Source of the DNA: Candidatus Altiarchaeota archaeon | GTDB taxonomy: Archaea > Altiarchaeota > Altiarchaeia > IMC4 > SCGC-AAA252-I15 | DNA: 64,000 bases | Reading direction: 5' to 3' | Assembly (NCBI GenBank): GCA_043800705.1 | Contig: JAZDMS010000010.1 | Location: 2,570-66,569 of the forward strand | Part shown: positions 9,992 to 19,638 of the stretch, one piece after another | Numbering within the stretch: position 1 is the first letter of the stretch | Layout: the number at the start of each line of letters is the position of its first letter | Program-made: the position numbers and the translations under genes | Notes under the pieces: model-generated | The model's input: only the letters and a program-made list of their open reading frames with translations | The model's database searches: none | What the model was told of the DNA's origin: nothing

Positions 9992-10699
9992 CTACTTACC
10001 CATGGCCTTTGCCCTGAGATCCTTTGGCATGAGCTCGATCGCGTACCTCAAAGCGGTCCTCGGCATCCTGTCCTTATTCTTCATGACATACTCGAAGACC
10101 TCCGCCTGGTGCGTCCTGCTGCCCTCCTTCAGGAGCCACCCGTACCCCTTCCTGACCAGGTCTTCTTTGTCCATAAGGAGGATGTCCGATATCTCAAAGG
10201 CCTCCTCCAGGAACCTCCCCCCCTTCGCTGGGACTATCAATGATACGGCAGAGGCCCTCCTCAGCCACATATTGCGGGATTTCGCCCACCTCTTGAGGCC
10301 AACTATCCGGTCCGGGAACTTGTCGATGTAGGCTCCGACAGTATGGTTGCATAACGTGTCGCACGTGGCCCAGTTGCCGACGTATGCTCCGATCCACCTC
10401 TCGAACGTCGCGAAATCCCCCTCCACGAACCGGTGCCGAATGCCATAAGACCAGGTGCATGCGACGAAGGACTCCTCCATGTATCCGGACCCGAAGAGAA
10501 CTTCACAAAGGCGAAAGACATGTTCCTTGCCTGATCCTTCGACCTCTCTGAAGTATTTCTTGGCGATCCTTCCCACGGTCGCCGACTTGATCCCATAGAT
10601 CTTCACCTCCTGCTTGAAGAACCGCTGTGCGGAGGTCCTCGTCCTTTCGTCGGCGTTGTCCCTCAATTCCTCCCTTATCTCGTGCAATATGCTATCCAT
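9992..10699 (-). CDS. DNA alkylation repair protein (AlkD-like HEAT-repeat glycosylase family)
   Basis: Family-level similarity (...WVRKGYGWLLKE..., TALRYA). Confidence 0.65.
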   Translation of the reverse strand: MDSILHEIREELRDNADERTRTSAQRFFKQEVKIYGIKSATVGRIAKKYFREVEGSGKEHVFRLCEVLFGSGYMEESFVACTWSYGIRHRFVEGDFATFERWIGAYVGNWATCDTLCNHTVGAYIDKFPDRIVGLKRWAKSRNMWLRRASAVSLIVPAKGGRFLEEAFEISDILLMDKEDLVRKGYGWLLKEGSRTHQAEVFEYVMKNKDRMPRTALRYAIELMPKDLRAKAMGK

Positions 10700-10717
10700 G
10701 AACTGTCACGAAACGCA

Positions 10718-10909
10718 CTAAGCATAGGCGGGCGGGTTCTTCCCTGATCCCCGGACTTTCTTCATCCCTACGACCGCGAAGACGAGGCCCAGGACCGTAT
10801 AGGCCGGAGACCTCATCCCCCAGCCGAACACGTAATTGGCGGCGTTCAAAAGCAGCATGAAGAACCCCGCGCCCGCCATCACATATCCTCCGATTTCCTC
10901 CTTTTTCAT
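10718..10909 (-). CDS. Small membrane protein
   Basis: A 63-aa ORF with two hydrophobic helices. Confidence 0.3.
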   Translation of the reverse strand: MKKEEIGGYVMAGAGFFMLLLNAANYVFGWGMRSPAYTVLGLVFAVVGMKKVRGSGKNPPAYA

Positions 10910-10925
10910 GATATGCCCCTCCCCT

Positions 10926-11393
10926 CTATCCCACGTCCGCGACTATCACGACGTAGTTCTTGCCGTATGCTTTCGCGCACTTCGGACAGGTCGTATACCA
11001 CATGTACGTTTTTTTGACGGAAAAGCCCCTTCCTTTTGCGTACGACTCAAAGTCCTTGCACCACTTCCCCGTATCACTGAATGGGCCTTCGTAGGCCTTG
11101 CACAGGAATTTCCCGCTCAAGGCGGCGTTCTTCGCGCCCGGGATGTCCTTGTCGACTGCAAGGAGTAGGTCCATGTTCCACATCGACGTATGGTCTGACA
11201 GGCAGAGATTGTCCGGCATGGTCGCCCCAGCACCCTCCACCGCCTCAAGGAGCCTTTTGATCACTGTGCCGAAGTTCAACGGCATGTAAAACAGCGTGAA
11301 CACGCTGTCTTTTACGAACCGTTTATCCGTCCACTCAACTACCTTCCCGTCCCAGGAACCGTAGTCCGGCTTCGGACAACATCCTGTCTCCAT
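10926..11393 (-). CDS. Hypothetical Cys-containing protein
   Basis: A 155-aa ORF; not recognised. Confidence 0.4.
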   Translation of the reverse strand: METGCCPKPDYGSWDGKVVEWTDKRFVKDSVFTLFYMPLNFGTVIKRLLEAVEGAGATMPDNLCLSDHTSMWNMDLLLAVDKDIPGAKNAALSGKFLCKAYEGPFSDTGKWCKDFESYAKGRGFSVKKTYMWYTTCPKCAKAYGKNYVVIVADVG

Positions 11394-11452
11394 GGAATAA
11401 CATTCCCCTCATGGGGATAAAATACCAAGTCAGAGGGCTGGAATACTAATGT

Positions 11453-12166
11453 CTAGGCTTGGAACGACAGCACAAGGTAGTACGTCCCCGCAAGTATGAC
11501 GACTATTGCCGCCGTCTTCCGGGTCCATTGTTCAATCTGCCTTATCTTCCCCATGTACTGCCCCAGTTTGGCGAGGCTTCGGGAGAGTATGGCCGAGGAG
11601 ACGATGACCGGCAGGCCCGTCGCCAGGGCGAACGCCGACGGTATGGCCACTCCGTCGTGGGCTTTGAGTGCGAGGGGTATCATCATGCCGAAGTAGAGCA
11701 CCGCGCTGAACGGGCAGAATGCGAGGGCGAACAATACGCCAAGGAGAAATGCTCCGGCATACCCCAAGTCGGCGAGTGTTTTCCCAAGTCTGTCCATCCT
11801 GTCGCCCCCCACCATAAAGTCGAATTTTATCGCCTCCAGCATCACAAGGCCTGTGAATACCAAAACCGGCCCGATCATTTTTCCCCCATAAGATTGCAGG
11901 AACGAGGATATCTGCTGCGTGTTCAGCCCCATATACACGATAAGGCTCGCAAGAGCCGCGTAGGAGAACATGCGGCCTATGGTGTAGATTATGCCCAATA
12001 GCACCGTCTGCCTGCCGTCCCCGATCCTGCGGGATATGAACGCGATCGCAGTAATGTTCGTCGTCAGCGGACATGGGCTGATAGCCGTCATGAGGCCGAT
12101 GAAGAATGCCGCGATGACGGGTACGTTGCTTGAGCCCATCGTCTCCATGAAAGCCATCAATTCCAT
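11453..12166 (-). CDS. ccdA: Cytochrome c-type biogenesis/thiol-disulfide transporter CcdA (DsbD family)
   Basis: Six TM helices. Conserved Cys in TM1 (ISPCPL) and in the second half (AFCPFS). Confidence 0.8.
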   Translation of the reverse strand: MELMAFMETMGSSNVPVIAAFFIGLMTAISPCPLTTNITAIAFISRRIGDGRQTVLLGIIYTIGRMFSYAALASLIVYMGLNTQQISSFLQSYGGKMIGPVLVFTGLVMLEAIKFDFMVGGDRMDRLGKTLADLGYAGAFLLGVLFALAFCPFSAVLYFGMMIPLALKAHDGVAIPSAFALATGLPVIVSSAILSRSLAKLGQYMGKIRQIEQWTRKTAAIVVILAGTYYLVLSFQA

Positions 12167-12167
12167 C

Positions 12168-12701
12168 TTAGCTCAGGTCCCCTGCAAGCCTCCTTTCCAG
12201 AACTCCCTTAAGATAGCCCATATACTCCTTCTCGTCGTTGAGCTTGTACCATACCCTGGTGTCCTCCTCCATCGTGAACCTGCCGTCCTGGTATGTGCCG
12301 ATCATGAGTGAGGAACCTGCCGCGCCGTATCTTTCCGTTATCTCCGCGTTCTGCGCCAGCTCCACGTTGATGCGGCCGAATGTGAGTCTCCCGGATTCCA
12401 TCTCGTCCTTGAAGTGGGTGTTCACCGTCTTCTCTGCCAGGGCCCCCAGCGTCTTGCACGACCAGCACTGGCTCGTCCTGTGGAAATGATAAATCTCCAC
12501 CTTCACGTCGCCGACTGGCTTTTCGACCGCACGGATCGTCGTGGTTGTCGTCGCGGCAGCGGGTTCGCCACCTCTGGGTGTCATGGCGGCTGCGACAAGT
12601 ATCGCCACCAATGCCATGAAGGCGATGATTGGCAGGCTTCCCGGCCGTCTCCTATCGCCCGAGTTCTTCGACGAGTTTTCCGACCTTTTCCTCGATTTCA
12701 T
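12168..12701 (-). CDS. Membrane-anchored thioredoxin-fold protein with a CxxC motif
   Basis: N-terminal TM, a poly-Thr linker and a CWSC motif. It sits directly upstream of ccdA in the same operon. Confidence 0.55.
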   Translation of the reverse strand: MKSRKRSENSSKNSGDRRRPGSLPIIAFMALVAILVAAAMTPRGGEPAAATTTTTIRAVEKPVGDVKVEIYHFHRTSQCWSCKTLGALAEKTVNTHFKDEMESGRLTFGRINVELAQNAEITERYGAAGSSLMIGTYQDGRFTMEEDTRVWYKLNDEKEYMGYLKGVLERRLAGDLS

Positions 12702-13050
12702 CCCTTATCCTCCTATACGATTCGATAGGCTTCCCCGCCGGGTCAACAAGCATCCAATCGACGGTCTTTTCCGGCGGCGCGGCCGGGCAGCTTTTTACGC
12801 AGCCCATCGTGATGATCCTTTCGGCGGTTTCTACCATCTCGAAAGTCAGATTCTTGGGCTTCTGATTTGAGATTCCTATTCCTCTCTCCCCCATGACCTC
12901 TACTGCAAGGGGCTTTATCGAGTCCGCAGCCTTGAGGCCTGCGCTTAGACCGATATAGCCGGGATTTTTGTTGATGTGGTTGAAGAATCCCCCGGCCATC
13001 TGGCTTCTTGCAGAGTTCTCATGGCAGACGAAGAGGATGTATTTTTTCAC
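12652..13050 (-). CDS. arsC: Arsenate reductase, LMW-PTP type
   Basis: [12 protein letters not shown]-loop; about 130 aa. Confidence 0.8.
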   Translation of the reverse strand: MKKYILFVCHENSARSQMAGGFFNHINKNPGYIGLSAGLKAADSIKPLAVEVMGERGIGISNQKPKNLTFEMVETAERIITMGCVKSCPAAPPEKTVDWMLVDPAGKPIESYRRIRDEIEEKVGKLVEELGR

Positions 13051-13793
13051 GGCTTTTTCGCCTCCACCCTGATGCTCTCCACAGGCAGTCCTCCATATTG
13101 CCTGTCGCTTATGTCCCCGTCTTCTGAGCTGACTTTAACATCGAATCCCGCATTCTCGATCATCTTGAGGTAGTCGTCTCGGAGTTCGGCCCCGGCTACG
13201 CAGCCGACCAGGAGCCCCTTATCGTCCAAGAGTTCCTTCGGCAACCTCTTCAGAAGGACCATGTCGGAGACCACCAGCCTCCCGCCTTTCTTCAGGACCC
13301 TGTAGGCCTCCTTGAACACGCCGGGCTTGTCTGGGGAGAGGTTGATGACGCAGTTGCTTATGACATAGTCCACGGAATCGTCGTCCACAGGGAGCTTTTC
13401 GATGTCGCCAAGCCGGAATTCAACGTTCCTATACGCGTATTTTTCGGCGTTTTCCCTGGCTTTCGCAATCATCTCCTCTGTCATGTCGACTCCGATGACC
13501 TTCCCCGTTTTTCCGACCTTTCTGGCTGCGAGGAAGCAGTCGAATCCCGCCCCCGAACCCAGGTCCAATACCGTGCTCCCCTTCGTTATGGCCGCTATCG
13601 CGGTCGGATTGCCGCATCCGAGGCCGAGGTTCGCGTCAGGCACGGCCTTCACATCCTCTTCCGAGTATCCTATGGACTTAGCGATGTCCTCGTTCGATGA
13701 GCCGCCGCAGCTGCATCCGCATGAGCATCCCTTCGATTCCGCGATCTTCCCATAGCCTTCCTTCACGATCCTCTTCACATGGTCCTTCTTCAT
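13047..13793 (-). CDS. arsM: Arsenite S-adenosylmethionine methyltransferase
   Basis: SAM motif [11 protein letters not shown] and Cys-rich N-terminus (CSCGCSCGG). Confidence 0.8.
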   Translation of the reverse strand: MKKDHVKRIVKEGYGKIAESKGCSCGCSCGGSSNEDIAKSIGYSEEDVKAVPDANLGLGCGNPTAIAAITKGSTVLDLGSGAGFDCFLAARKVGKTGKVIGVDMTEEMIAKARENAEKYAYRNVEFRLGDIEKLPVDDDSVDYVISNCVINLSPDKPGVFKEAYRVLKKGGRLVVSDMVLLKRLPKELLDDKGLLVGCVAGAELRDDYLKMIENAGFDVKVSSEDGDISDRQYGGLPVESIRVEAKKP

Positions 13794-13797
13794 TTCG

Positions 13798-14073
13798 TCA
13801 CCTCTTTCCCATACCCTGTGCGACCTTGATCATCCCCTTGACGGATTCGTCCGCCAGGCTGTAGTATACGCTCAATCCCTCCTTCCTCGACTTCAGGATC
13901 CCCGCCTCGTGCAGAATCTTCAGGTGTGCGCTCGTCGTCGGCTGGCTCTTCCCGGTCGCAGGAATTATCTCGCAGACGCACTTCTCGCAGCAGCTCAGCA
14001 TCTTCACAATCCCGAGGCGCGTCGGGTCTCCGAGCGCCTTGAATACCCTAGCCTGTCTCTCTATAGCTTCCAT
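13798..14073 (-). CDS. arsR: ArsR family metalloregulator
   Basis: wHTH with metal-site CCEKCVCE. Confidence 0.85.
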   Translation of the reverse strand: MEAIERQARVFKALGDPTRLGIVKMLSCCEKCVCEIIPATGKSQPTTSAHLKILHEAGILKSRKEGLSVYYSLADESVKGMIKVAQGMGKR

Positions 14074-15092
14074 GTTCTCCTCGCATACAATGAGATATTC
14101 ACGAGCCCCATCATGGCCGGCACCTCGATCAGGGGGCCGATCACGGCTGCGAACGCCTGCCCCGAATTTATCCCGAAGACGGCTATCGCGACCGCTATCG
14201 CAAGCTCGAAGTTGTTGCTGGCGGCGGTGAATGCCAGCGTCGCAGTCCTCTCATATCCGACCCTGAGCCAGATGCCCATCAGGAACGACACCGCGAACAT
14301 TACGATAAAGTAGATCAGAAGCGGCAGCGCTATCCTGACGACGTCAAGCGGTATCCTTATGATGTACTCCCCTTTGAGGGAGAACATCACGACGATGGTG
14401 AAAAGGAGCGCAAGAAGCGTCATCGGGCTTATCTTCGGTATGAACTTGGAATAATACCAGTCTACGCCTTTGGCTCTCGTCAGCGCAAGCCACGTCAGGA
14501 AACCGCAGATGAACGGGATGCCGAGGTATATGAAGACGCTCTCTGCGATCTGCCAGACGGATATTTCCACTGCAAGCCCGCCCAGGCCGATCCAAGCCGG
14601 CAAGACCGTGATGAAGACGTACGCATAAGCCGAATAAAGGAACACCTGAAACAGGGAGTTGAACGCGACCAGCGTCGCCGCATACTCAGTGCTCCCCCCA
14701 GCCAGCTCGTTCCAGACTATAACCATCGCTATGCAGCGGGCGAGGCCGATGAGTGTCAGCCCCACCATATACTCCGGATAGTCCCTCAGGAAGACGGCTG
14801 CGAGTGCGAACATCAGGAGCGGGCCGATTATCCAGTTCTGGGCAAGGGACAGCAATAGCACCTTGTAGTCCTTGAAGACCCCCCCGAGCTTGTCGTATCG
14901 GACCTTCGCAAGCGGCGGATACATCATCAGGATCAGGCCCAATGCGATGGGGATCGAGGTCGTGCCGACCGAAAGTCCGGTGATGGCCTTCGGGACTTCC
15001 GGTGCCGCATATCCCAAAAGCACCCCGAACACGATTGCAGACCCTATCCATGCCGTCAGATACCTGTCAATGTAAGACAATCCGCCCTTCAT
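14061..15092 (-). CDS. acr3: Arsenite efflux transporter ACR3
   Basis: ACR3 family pattern across 10 TM helices. Confidence 0.85.
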   Translation of the reverse strand: MKGGLSYIDRYLTAWIGSAIVFGVLLGYAAPEVPKAITGLSVGTTSIPIALGLILMMYPPLAKVRYDKLGGVFKDYKVLLLSLAQNWIIGPLLMFALAAVFLRDYPEYMVGLTLIGLARCIAMVIVWNELAGGSTEYAATLVAFNSLFQVFLYSAYAYVFITVLPAWIGLGGLAVEISVWQIAESVFIYLGIPFICGFLTWLALTRAKGVDWYYSKFIPKISPMTLLALLFTIVVMFSLKGEYIIRIPLDVVRIALPLLIYFIVMFAVSFLMGIWLRVGYERTATLAFTAASNNFELAIAVAIAVFGINSGQAFAAVIGPLIEVPAMMGLVNISLYARRTWKL

Positions 15093-15107
15093 ATGCTACC
15101 TCCATCC

Positions 15108-16187
15108 TCAAACCCGGAACATTCCATAAATCAACCCCGACACTGTAGTGAAGATTATGATCATAAGCACGTATGCCGCCGTCCTCCTGTCTCCGATGAA
15201 TCTTCTCACGACTAGGATGCTCGCCAATGAGATGACCGGGTCCGCCAATAGATACGCGAGGAGCGGCCCTTTGGCCATCCCTATGGAGAGGAACATCTTC
15301 GCCATCGGAACCTCGACGAGGGTCGGGAAATACATGAAGACGCCGAACAGGGAGGCGATCAGGTTGGCTGAGACGGTGTTGGAGCCCATGTGCTGCGCCA
15401 GGAAGTCCCCGGGAAGCGCCGCAGTAAGGACGCCTGCGATGAATATCCCCGCCAGAAGCAGCGGGAATATCTTCTTCGTGAAGATCCACGTCTCGGACAG
15501 CCACGCGGCCAGCTCGTCATTCGTGAAATACGCCCTTGCGAACGGGGCTAGCATGACGATCAGGAGGCCGATCGCGGCATACCTCAAAACACCGTCTACT
15601 CTCGTTCCGACTATGAGGATCGAGACCAATGCCGCGAAGAAGACCGAAAGCCTGTGCCTCCGGAGGAAATGCGGGCTCTTGTCCCCGTGCAGACCGACGC
15701 TTGCCGTTTGGGCTGTCTGCTTTCTGTCCTCATCGTCTTCGCCGAACATCTTCGAGATGATCAGCCCTATGATGATAGCGAACGTCACAGAGAGGATTAT
15801 GCGGGCGAGCGCGAAATCCCATCCGAGGACGCTGCCCGTGAACGTGATCGCCAGAATGTTCGTCGCGGGCGCGGTGTACAGGAACGCCAGCGCGGGTCCG
15901 ATTCCGGCCCCCTTCTTCTTGATGCCCGCGAAGAGCGGAAGGATCGTGCACGAGCAGACCGCAAGAAGTAGGCCCCCGGCGACGGCATAGGTGTAGGCCT
16001 TGTATTTCGGGACGTCCTCCCCCAAATAGGCAATGATCTTCTCCTTCGGCAGGAGCGCGGACATGGCGCCGGCGATGAAAAACGCGGGGACCAGGCAGGT
16101 GAGGACGTGGGCTGACAGATACTCCCCGACCGCATAGAAACCCGCAGACAATAGCACAGAAGCGTCCATCGCATTCAGCCGATCCAC
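15108..16187 (-). CDS. arsP: ArsP-type permease (DUF318; organoarsenical efflux)
   Basis: A CSC motif in a TM helix (LAVCSCTILP), matching the ArsP TPFcSCS signature. It is in an operon with arsM. Confidence 0.65.
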   Translation of the reverse strand: MDRLNAMDASVLLSAGFYAVGEYLSAHVLTCLVPAFFIAGAMSALLPKEKIIAYLGEDVPKYKAYTYAVAGGLLLAVCSCTILPLFAGIKKKGAGIGPALAFLYTAPATNILAITFTGSVLGWDFALARIILSVTFAIIIGLIISKMFGEDDEDRKQTAQTASVGLHGDKSPHFLRRHRLSVFFAALVSILIVGTRVDGVLRYAAIGLLIVMLAPFARAYFTNDELAAWLSETWIFTKKIFPLLLAGIFIAGVLTAALPGDFLAQHMGSNTVSANLIASLFGVFMYFPTLVEVPMAKMFLSIGMAKGPLLAYLLADPVISLASILVVRRFIGDRRTAAYVLMIIIFTTVSGLIYGMFRV

Positions 16188-16405
16188 TTCCTGATCTCCT
16201 CGACGGAGGCGATCTTTCCGGATGACATGACCTTTCCGTCCAAGACAAGGGCCGGAGTCATCATGACGCCGTAGGCCACGATCCTGTCCATGTCCTCGAC
16301 CTTCACTATGTCGGCCTCCGCCCCGGATTCCTCGACCGCCTTCTTGGCGTTCTCAAGGAGCCTCTTGCACTTCGGGCAACCCATGCCCAGGATCTCGATC
16401 CTCAT
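16175..16405 (-). CDS. Small thioredoxin-family protein (redox-active disulfide protein, MTH895/TM0996-like)
   Basis: CPKC motif; 76 aa. It is the first gene of the ars operon. A TATA-like atatataaatata lies upstream. Confidence 0.7.
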   Translation of the reverse strand: MRIEILGMGCPKCKRLLENAKKAVEESGAEADIVKVEDMDRIVAYGVMMTPALVLDGKVMSSGKIASVEEIRKWIG

Positions 16406-16472
16406 CGGAAGTATATAGAGACATTTGAATATATAAATATAGTTCTTGCCTGGTTTTTCACCCTTCTGTCCC

Positions 16473-16856
16473 CTAAGCCGTTATCAATTTCAGGTATTCC
16501 GCCCTTCCGCTCCTTCTGCACGCCCTGATTAGCTCGCCCACCTTAGCGGACTCTCCCTCCAAGATGAACAGCTCCAGGCATTTGCCCCCACCCACCTGGT
16601 TGTGTATGAGCGTCTTAATCAGGCCTTCGAATTCATGTCTCGCCTTGGAGAACGCATTTTCGTGTTTTTCGTCGTGTATCAACACCAGGATGCCGGATAC
16701 CCTCCCCTCAGACTTTTCTAGCAGATTCAGCTCCTTCGACAGGTAATGTACGGACGACTTGACCGCGTCCGAGCGGCCCTTGTACCCCCCGGAACCTACC
16801 ATCCTGTCGATCTCCCGTATCGTCTCTTCAGGCAGAGAAACGCTGATGACCGTCAT
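16473..16856 (-). CDS. Ribbon-helix-helix transcriptional regulator, NikR-like
   Basis: N-terminal RHH (MTVISVSLPEETIREIDRMV) and a C-terminal ACT-like domain with His/Cys residues. Confidence 0.55.
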   Translation of the reverse strand: MTVISVSLPEETIREIDRMVGSGGYKGRSDAVKSSVHYLSKELNLLEKSEGRVSGILVLIHDEKHENAFSKARHEFEGLIKTLIHNQVGGGKCLELFILEGESAKVGELIRACRRSGRAEYLKLITA

Positions 16857-16888
16857 TTTATTAAATTAACCGGCTAAACCCCGGAATA

Positions 16889-16916
16889 TTATTAACTTAC
16901 TTATAAATATTAATAA
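16889..16916. promoter_or_regulatory. Palindromic candidate operator TTATTAA-N14-TTAATAA in the divergent promoter region between the nikR-like gene and the ZIP transporter. It overlaps a TATA-like cttataaata.
   Basis: A perfect 7-bp inverted repeat read directly in the 72-bp AT-rich intergenic region. Confidence 0.35.
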
Positions 16917-16928
16917 CATCATCCTCTT

Positions 16929-17666
16929 ATGGTTTTACTGTCCATCCTATTGAGCGTCGCCCTGATAAGCGGCCTGTCCCTAGTCGGGGTCTTCAGCCTG
17001 TCGATCGGGCGAAAGAACCTTCATGAGCTTCTCTCCCTCTTTCTGGCGTTCGCATCGGGGACGATGCTCGCGACGGCCTTCGTCCACATGATCCCCGAGG
17101 CGTTCCACGAGGCGGGCGAGGACGCAGCAAAATACGTGCTCCTAGGGCTCATAGTGTTCTTCTTCCTGGAGCGGTTCATCCACTGGCACCACTGCGGCAA
17201 GGAGGAATGCCACATCAAACCGGCCGCCTACCTCAGCATCATCGGGGATGCGGTGCACAACTTCTTCGACGGGGCGATAATAGCATCGGCATACCTCGCG
17301 GACGTGAGGCTGGGTTTGGTCACGACCGCTGCGATAGCGATGCACGAGATCCCCCAGGAATTCGGCGACTTCACCGTCCTCATGCACTCCGGCATGAAGG
17401 TCCGCAAAGCCCTCACATACAACTTCATCTCCGCCCTCACGGCCTTCCTCGGAGCCATCATAGGATACGTGGCCCTAAGCCAGGTAGAGACTCTGATACC
17501 CTACGCGATAGCCATATCCGCAGGCGGCCTCATATATGTCTCGACTGCGGACCTGATACCCGAGCTCCACAAGGAAAAACGCAGAACGATGCTCGTGGCG
17601 CAGACCGTGGCGCTTCTACTCGGGCTCTTTATCATAGCCGCAGCCACGACCCTGATGGCGCACTGA
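16929..17666 (+). CDS. zupT: ZIP family metal transporter (ZupT-like)
   Basis: HEIPQEFGDF and His-rich TM motifs. Confidence 0.85.
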   Translation: MVLLSILLSVALISGLSLVGVFSLSIGRKNLHELLSLFLAFASGTMLATAFVHMIPEAFHEAGEDAAKYVLLGLIVFFFLERFIHWHHCGKEECHIKPAAYLSIIGDAVHNFFDGAIIASAYLADVRLGLVTTAAIAMHEIPQEFGDFTVLMHSGMKVRKALTYNFISALTAFLGAIIGYVALSQVETLIPYAIAISAGGLIYVSTADLIPELHKEKRRTMLVAQTVALLLGLFIIAAATTLMAH

Positions 17667-17672
17667 AGCATC

Positions 17673-18480
17673 TCACGTCTTCGTCGCATTGGCGTCGACG
17701 GCTTCGAACCTCTGCCTGCAGTATAAGCACGGTAGCATGTGGCTTTTCACAATCTTCCTGAGCCTCCGGTATTTGGCCCCGTTCCATATCTCATCCAAGC
17801 CCTGCGTGAATATGTTCCCGAAGCTTTCACCGATCTGGCGGCAGGGTATCGCTAGTTTTTTCTGCGATTGTCGCATCTGTTTCCACCCTCGATGGCTTTC
17901 TGGGCTTCGTCAACCATCCTCCTCCTCTGCAGGGCCTCCAGATCCAGCGGCGGAAATTTCATATAGTTTATGCTGTTGTCTTCCCCTACGTAGCCGGATT
18001 CGACCAGCCTGGAAAGCATCCGCCTGCCGGAGTCCTTCTGGGGGATGTTGGAGAAGTGGAAGCACTGGTGCTTTACGGCGTATACCGCCATCTCAAGCAA
18101 TAACGCCTGCATGGGCGACATCCCCCGGTGAGCTCGAAAAAATCCCTGTTTGAGGCCGTGTGGGGCGACACGACCAGCTCGACATCCAGTTCCCCTCTTG
18201 ATCTCTCTTGGCTGTGTTTTATGATGCCTAATGTAAGCGCCCTGGGGGACTTATCCTCCAGCAAACACCACCCAATACCCTCGTCGGCAACCCCGATAAT
18301 CCCCCCCAAATCCTTCTTCCCCACCCGTTTGGCAAGCCTGACGGCATCCTTCTTCTGGCGTAAAGACAAACCGCTCCAAGGCATCAACTCGTAGTAACCC
18401 ATCCCATAAAATATAGCCAATACAAAAATAAAACAAAAATCGGCGAGGCTAAAATCCCTTAAAATCCGGCATGCCACCAT
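17673..18480 (-). pseudogene. Disrupted radical-SAM/SPASM-domain protein gene, split over three frames
   Basis: Three consecutive minus-strand ORFs overlap in different frames. The C-terminus has a SPASM-like Cys pattern (NRCDN...PCRQIGESFGNI...DEIWN...PCLYC). The middle part has FFELTGG (GGEP-like). No CxxxCxxC motif is found. Frame breaks sit next to homopolymers (C7 at 18301-18307, T6 at 17856-17861). Confidence 0.35.
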
Positions 18481-18589
18481 CAGGGCTCCCTAATCGGCCT
18501 TTCAAGTATTTTAAAGAACAGTCCATATATATAGAATCTCAACAAAACCTCATTAGAATCGCCATAAACGCAAAATAAACAATTCATAT

Positions 18590-18672
18590 GCGGGGGTACC
18601 CGAGCGGCCAAAGGGGCAGGACTTAAGATCCTGTGACGCAGGTCTTCGAGGGTTCAAATCCCTTCCCCCGCA
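18590..18672 (+). tRNA. tRNA-Leu (anticodon TAA), class II with a long variable arm
   Basis: Acceptor stem GCGGGGG/CCCCCGC, anticodon stem CAGGA/TCCTG, loop CTTAAGA, T-arm GGGTTCAAATCCC. No encoded CCA. Confidence 0.85.
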
Positions 18673-18725
18673 ATCCTCGTAGGAGTCGTTTCCAGTATTT
18701 AACGAAAAAAGTAATGAATTAGAAG

Positions 18726-19220
18726 ATGAAACTAGGATTAGTAGGAAAGATAGTACTGGCTGTGTTGATTCTTATTATAGGATATTATGTATTGGGTAAG
18801 ATTCTCTTTGCTATCTTTTCCAGTAGTGTCGAATGTCATGATAAAAGCAATGGGTGGTATTGTAATGGAAACATGCCCGTGCCAATCTTCATGTTTTTCA
18901 TACAAGGTGAGTATGAGAAGAAGTGTGTCGCTGAAGGAGGGATTACTAACTGGGGCCATGGATTACTTTCAGTCGTATGCGAACTTCCATTAGACGATGC
19001 AGGAAAGACATGTACTAGTGCGTCACATTGCAAAGGCCCATGCTATGTTGAAGAAGAATATCTGAAATCTAAGTTCCCAGAGATAAAGCCTCATGAGTAT
19101 TTTGGGCTTGATTGTAGGGATTGCAAGGCACAATGCTATAAGTATAATGTGACCTGCAATGGATTTCCACCCTACACCTTAGATGACAATGGGAAAATAG
19201 CAGGGAAAATGATATGCTAG
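18726..19220 (+). CDS. Small cysteine-rich secreted or membrane-anchored protein (12 Cys)
   Basis: N-terminal TM/signal anchor and 12 Cys in about 130 extracellular residues. AT-rich codon usage unlike the flanking genes. Confidence 0.45.
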   Translation: MKLGLVGKIVLAVLILIIGYYVLGKILFAIFSSSVECHDKSNGWYCNGNMPVPIFMFFIQGEYEKKCVAEGGITNWGHGLLSVVCELPLDDAGKTCTSASHCKGPCYVEEEYLKSKFPEIKPHEYFGLDCRDCKAQCYKYNVTCNGFPPYTLDDNGKIAGKMIC

Positions 19221-19334
19221 TATTTGTAATGCCAATACTTGATACATCCTTGACTCTTTTTATTACCAGACTTGTATAAGACTATTACACGGGTTGTGTA
19301 ATCCGTTAGAGAAACGAGGCCTGTGCGGTGGACG

Positions 19335-19372
19335 CTTCCCCCGCAAACAAATAAAGGGTTCAAATCCTTTCC
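19335..19372 (+). repeat. att-like remnants: cttcccccgca plus agggttcaaatcctttcc, copies of the tRNA-Leu 3' region
   Basis: An 11-nt exact match and a 17/18-nt match to tRNA-Leu positions covering the T-arm and acceptor 3' strand. Confidence 0.5.
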
Positions 19373-19431
19373 TATCTGTTGTTAGCACGATACTTTATAG
19401 GTCTATAATGCTATAGTATTATGGTGATACT

Positions 19432-19638
19432 ATGAACACAACTATCCAAGTCAATATAGAAACCAAGAATGTTCTGGAGAGGGTCAAGGAAACGTATCAT
19501 GTAAAATCTTATGATGATGCCATCCGTAAGTTAATCAACACAAAAACGCAGAGCCTATATGGTAGCTTGGCCACAAAGAAGAACATGCAGATGAAGGACA
19601 TACTAGCGGGTTTGAGAGATAAAAATGACCGGGATTAG
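19432..19638 (+). CDS. vapB: Putative VapB-type antitoxin
   Basis: A 68-aa ORF overlapping the downstream PIN gene by 14 nt. Confidence 0.5.
   Translation: MNTTIQVNIETKNVLERVKETYHVKSYDDAIRKLINTKTQSLYGSLATKKNMQMKDILAGLRDKNDRD

Noticed and set aside
19301-19382. Second full tRNA gene in the island
   Set aside because: The fragments match the tRNA-Leu 3' portion but are rearranged (acceptor fragment before the T-arm fragment) and lack a 5' half. I interpret them as att remnants.
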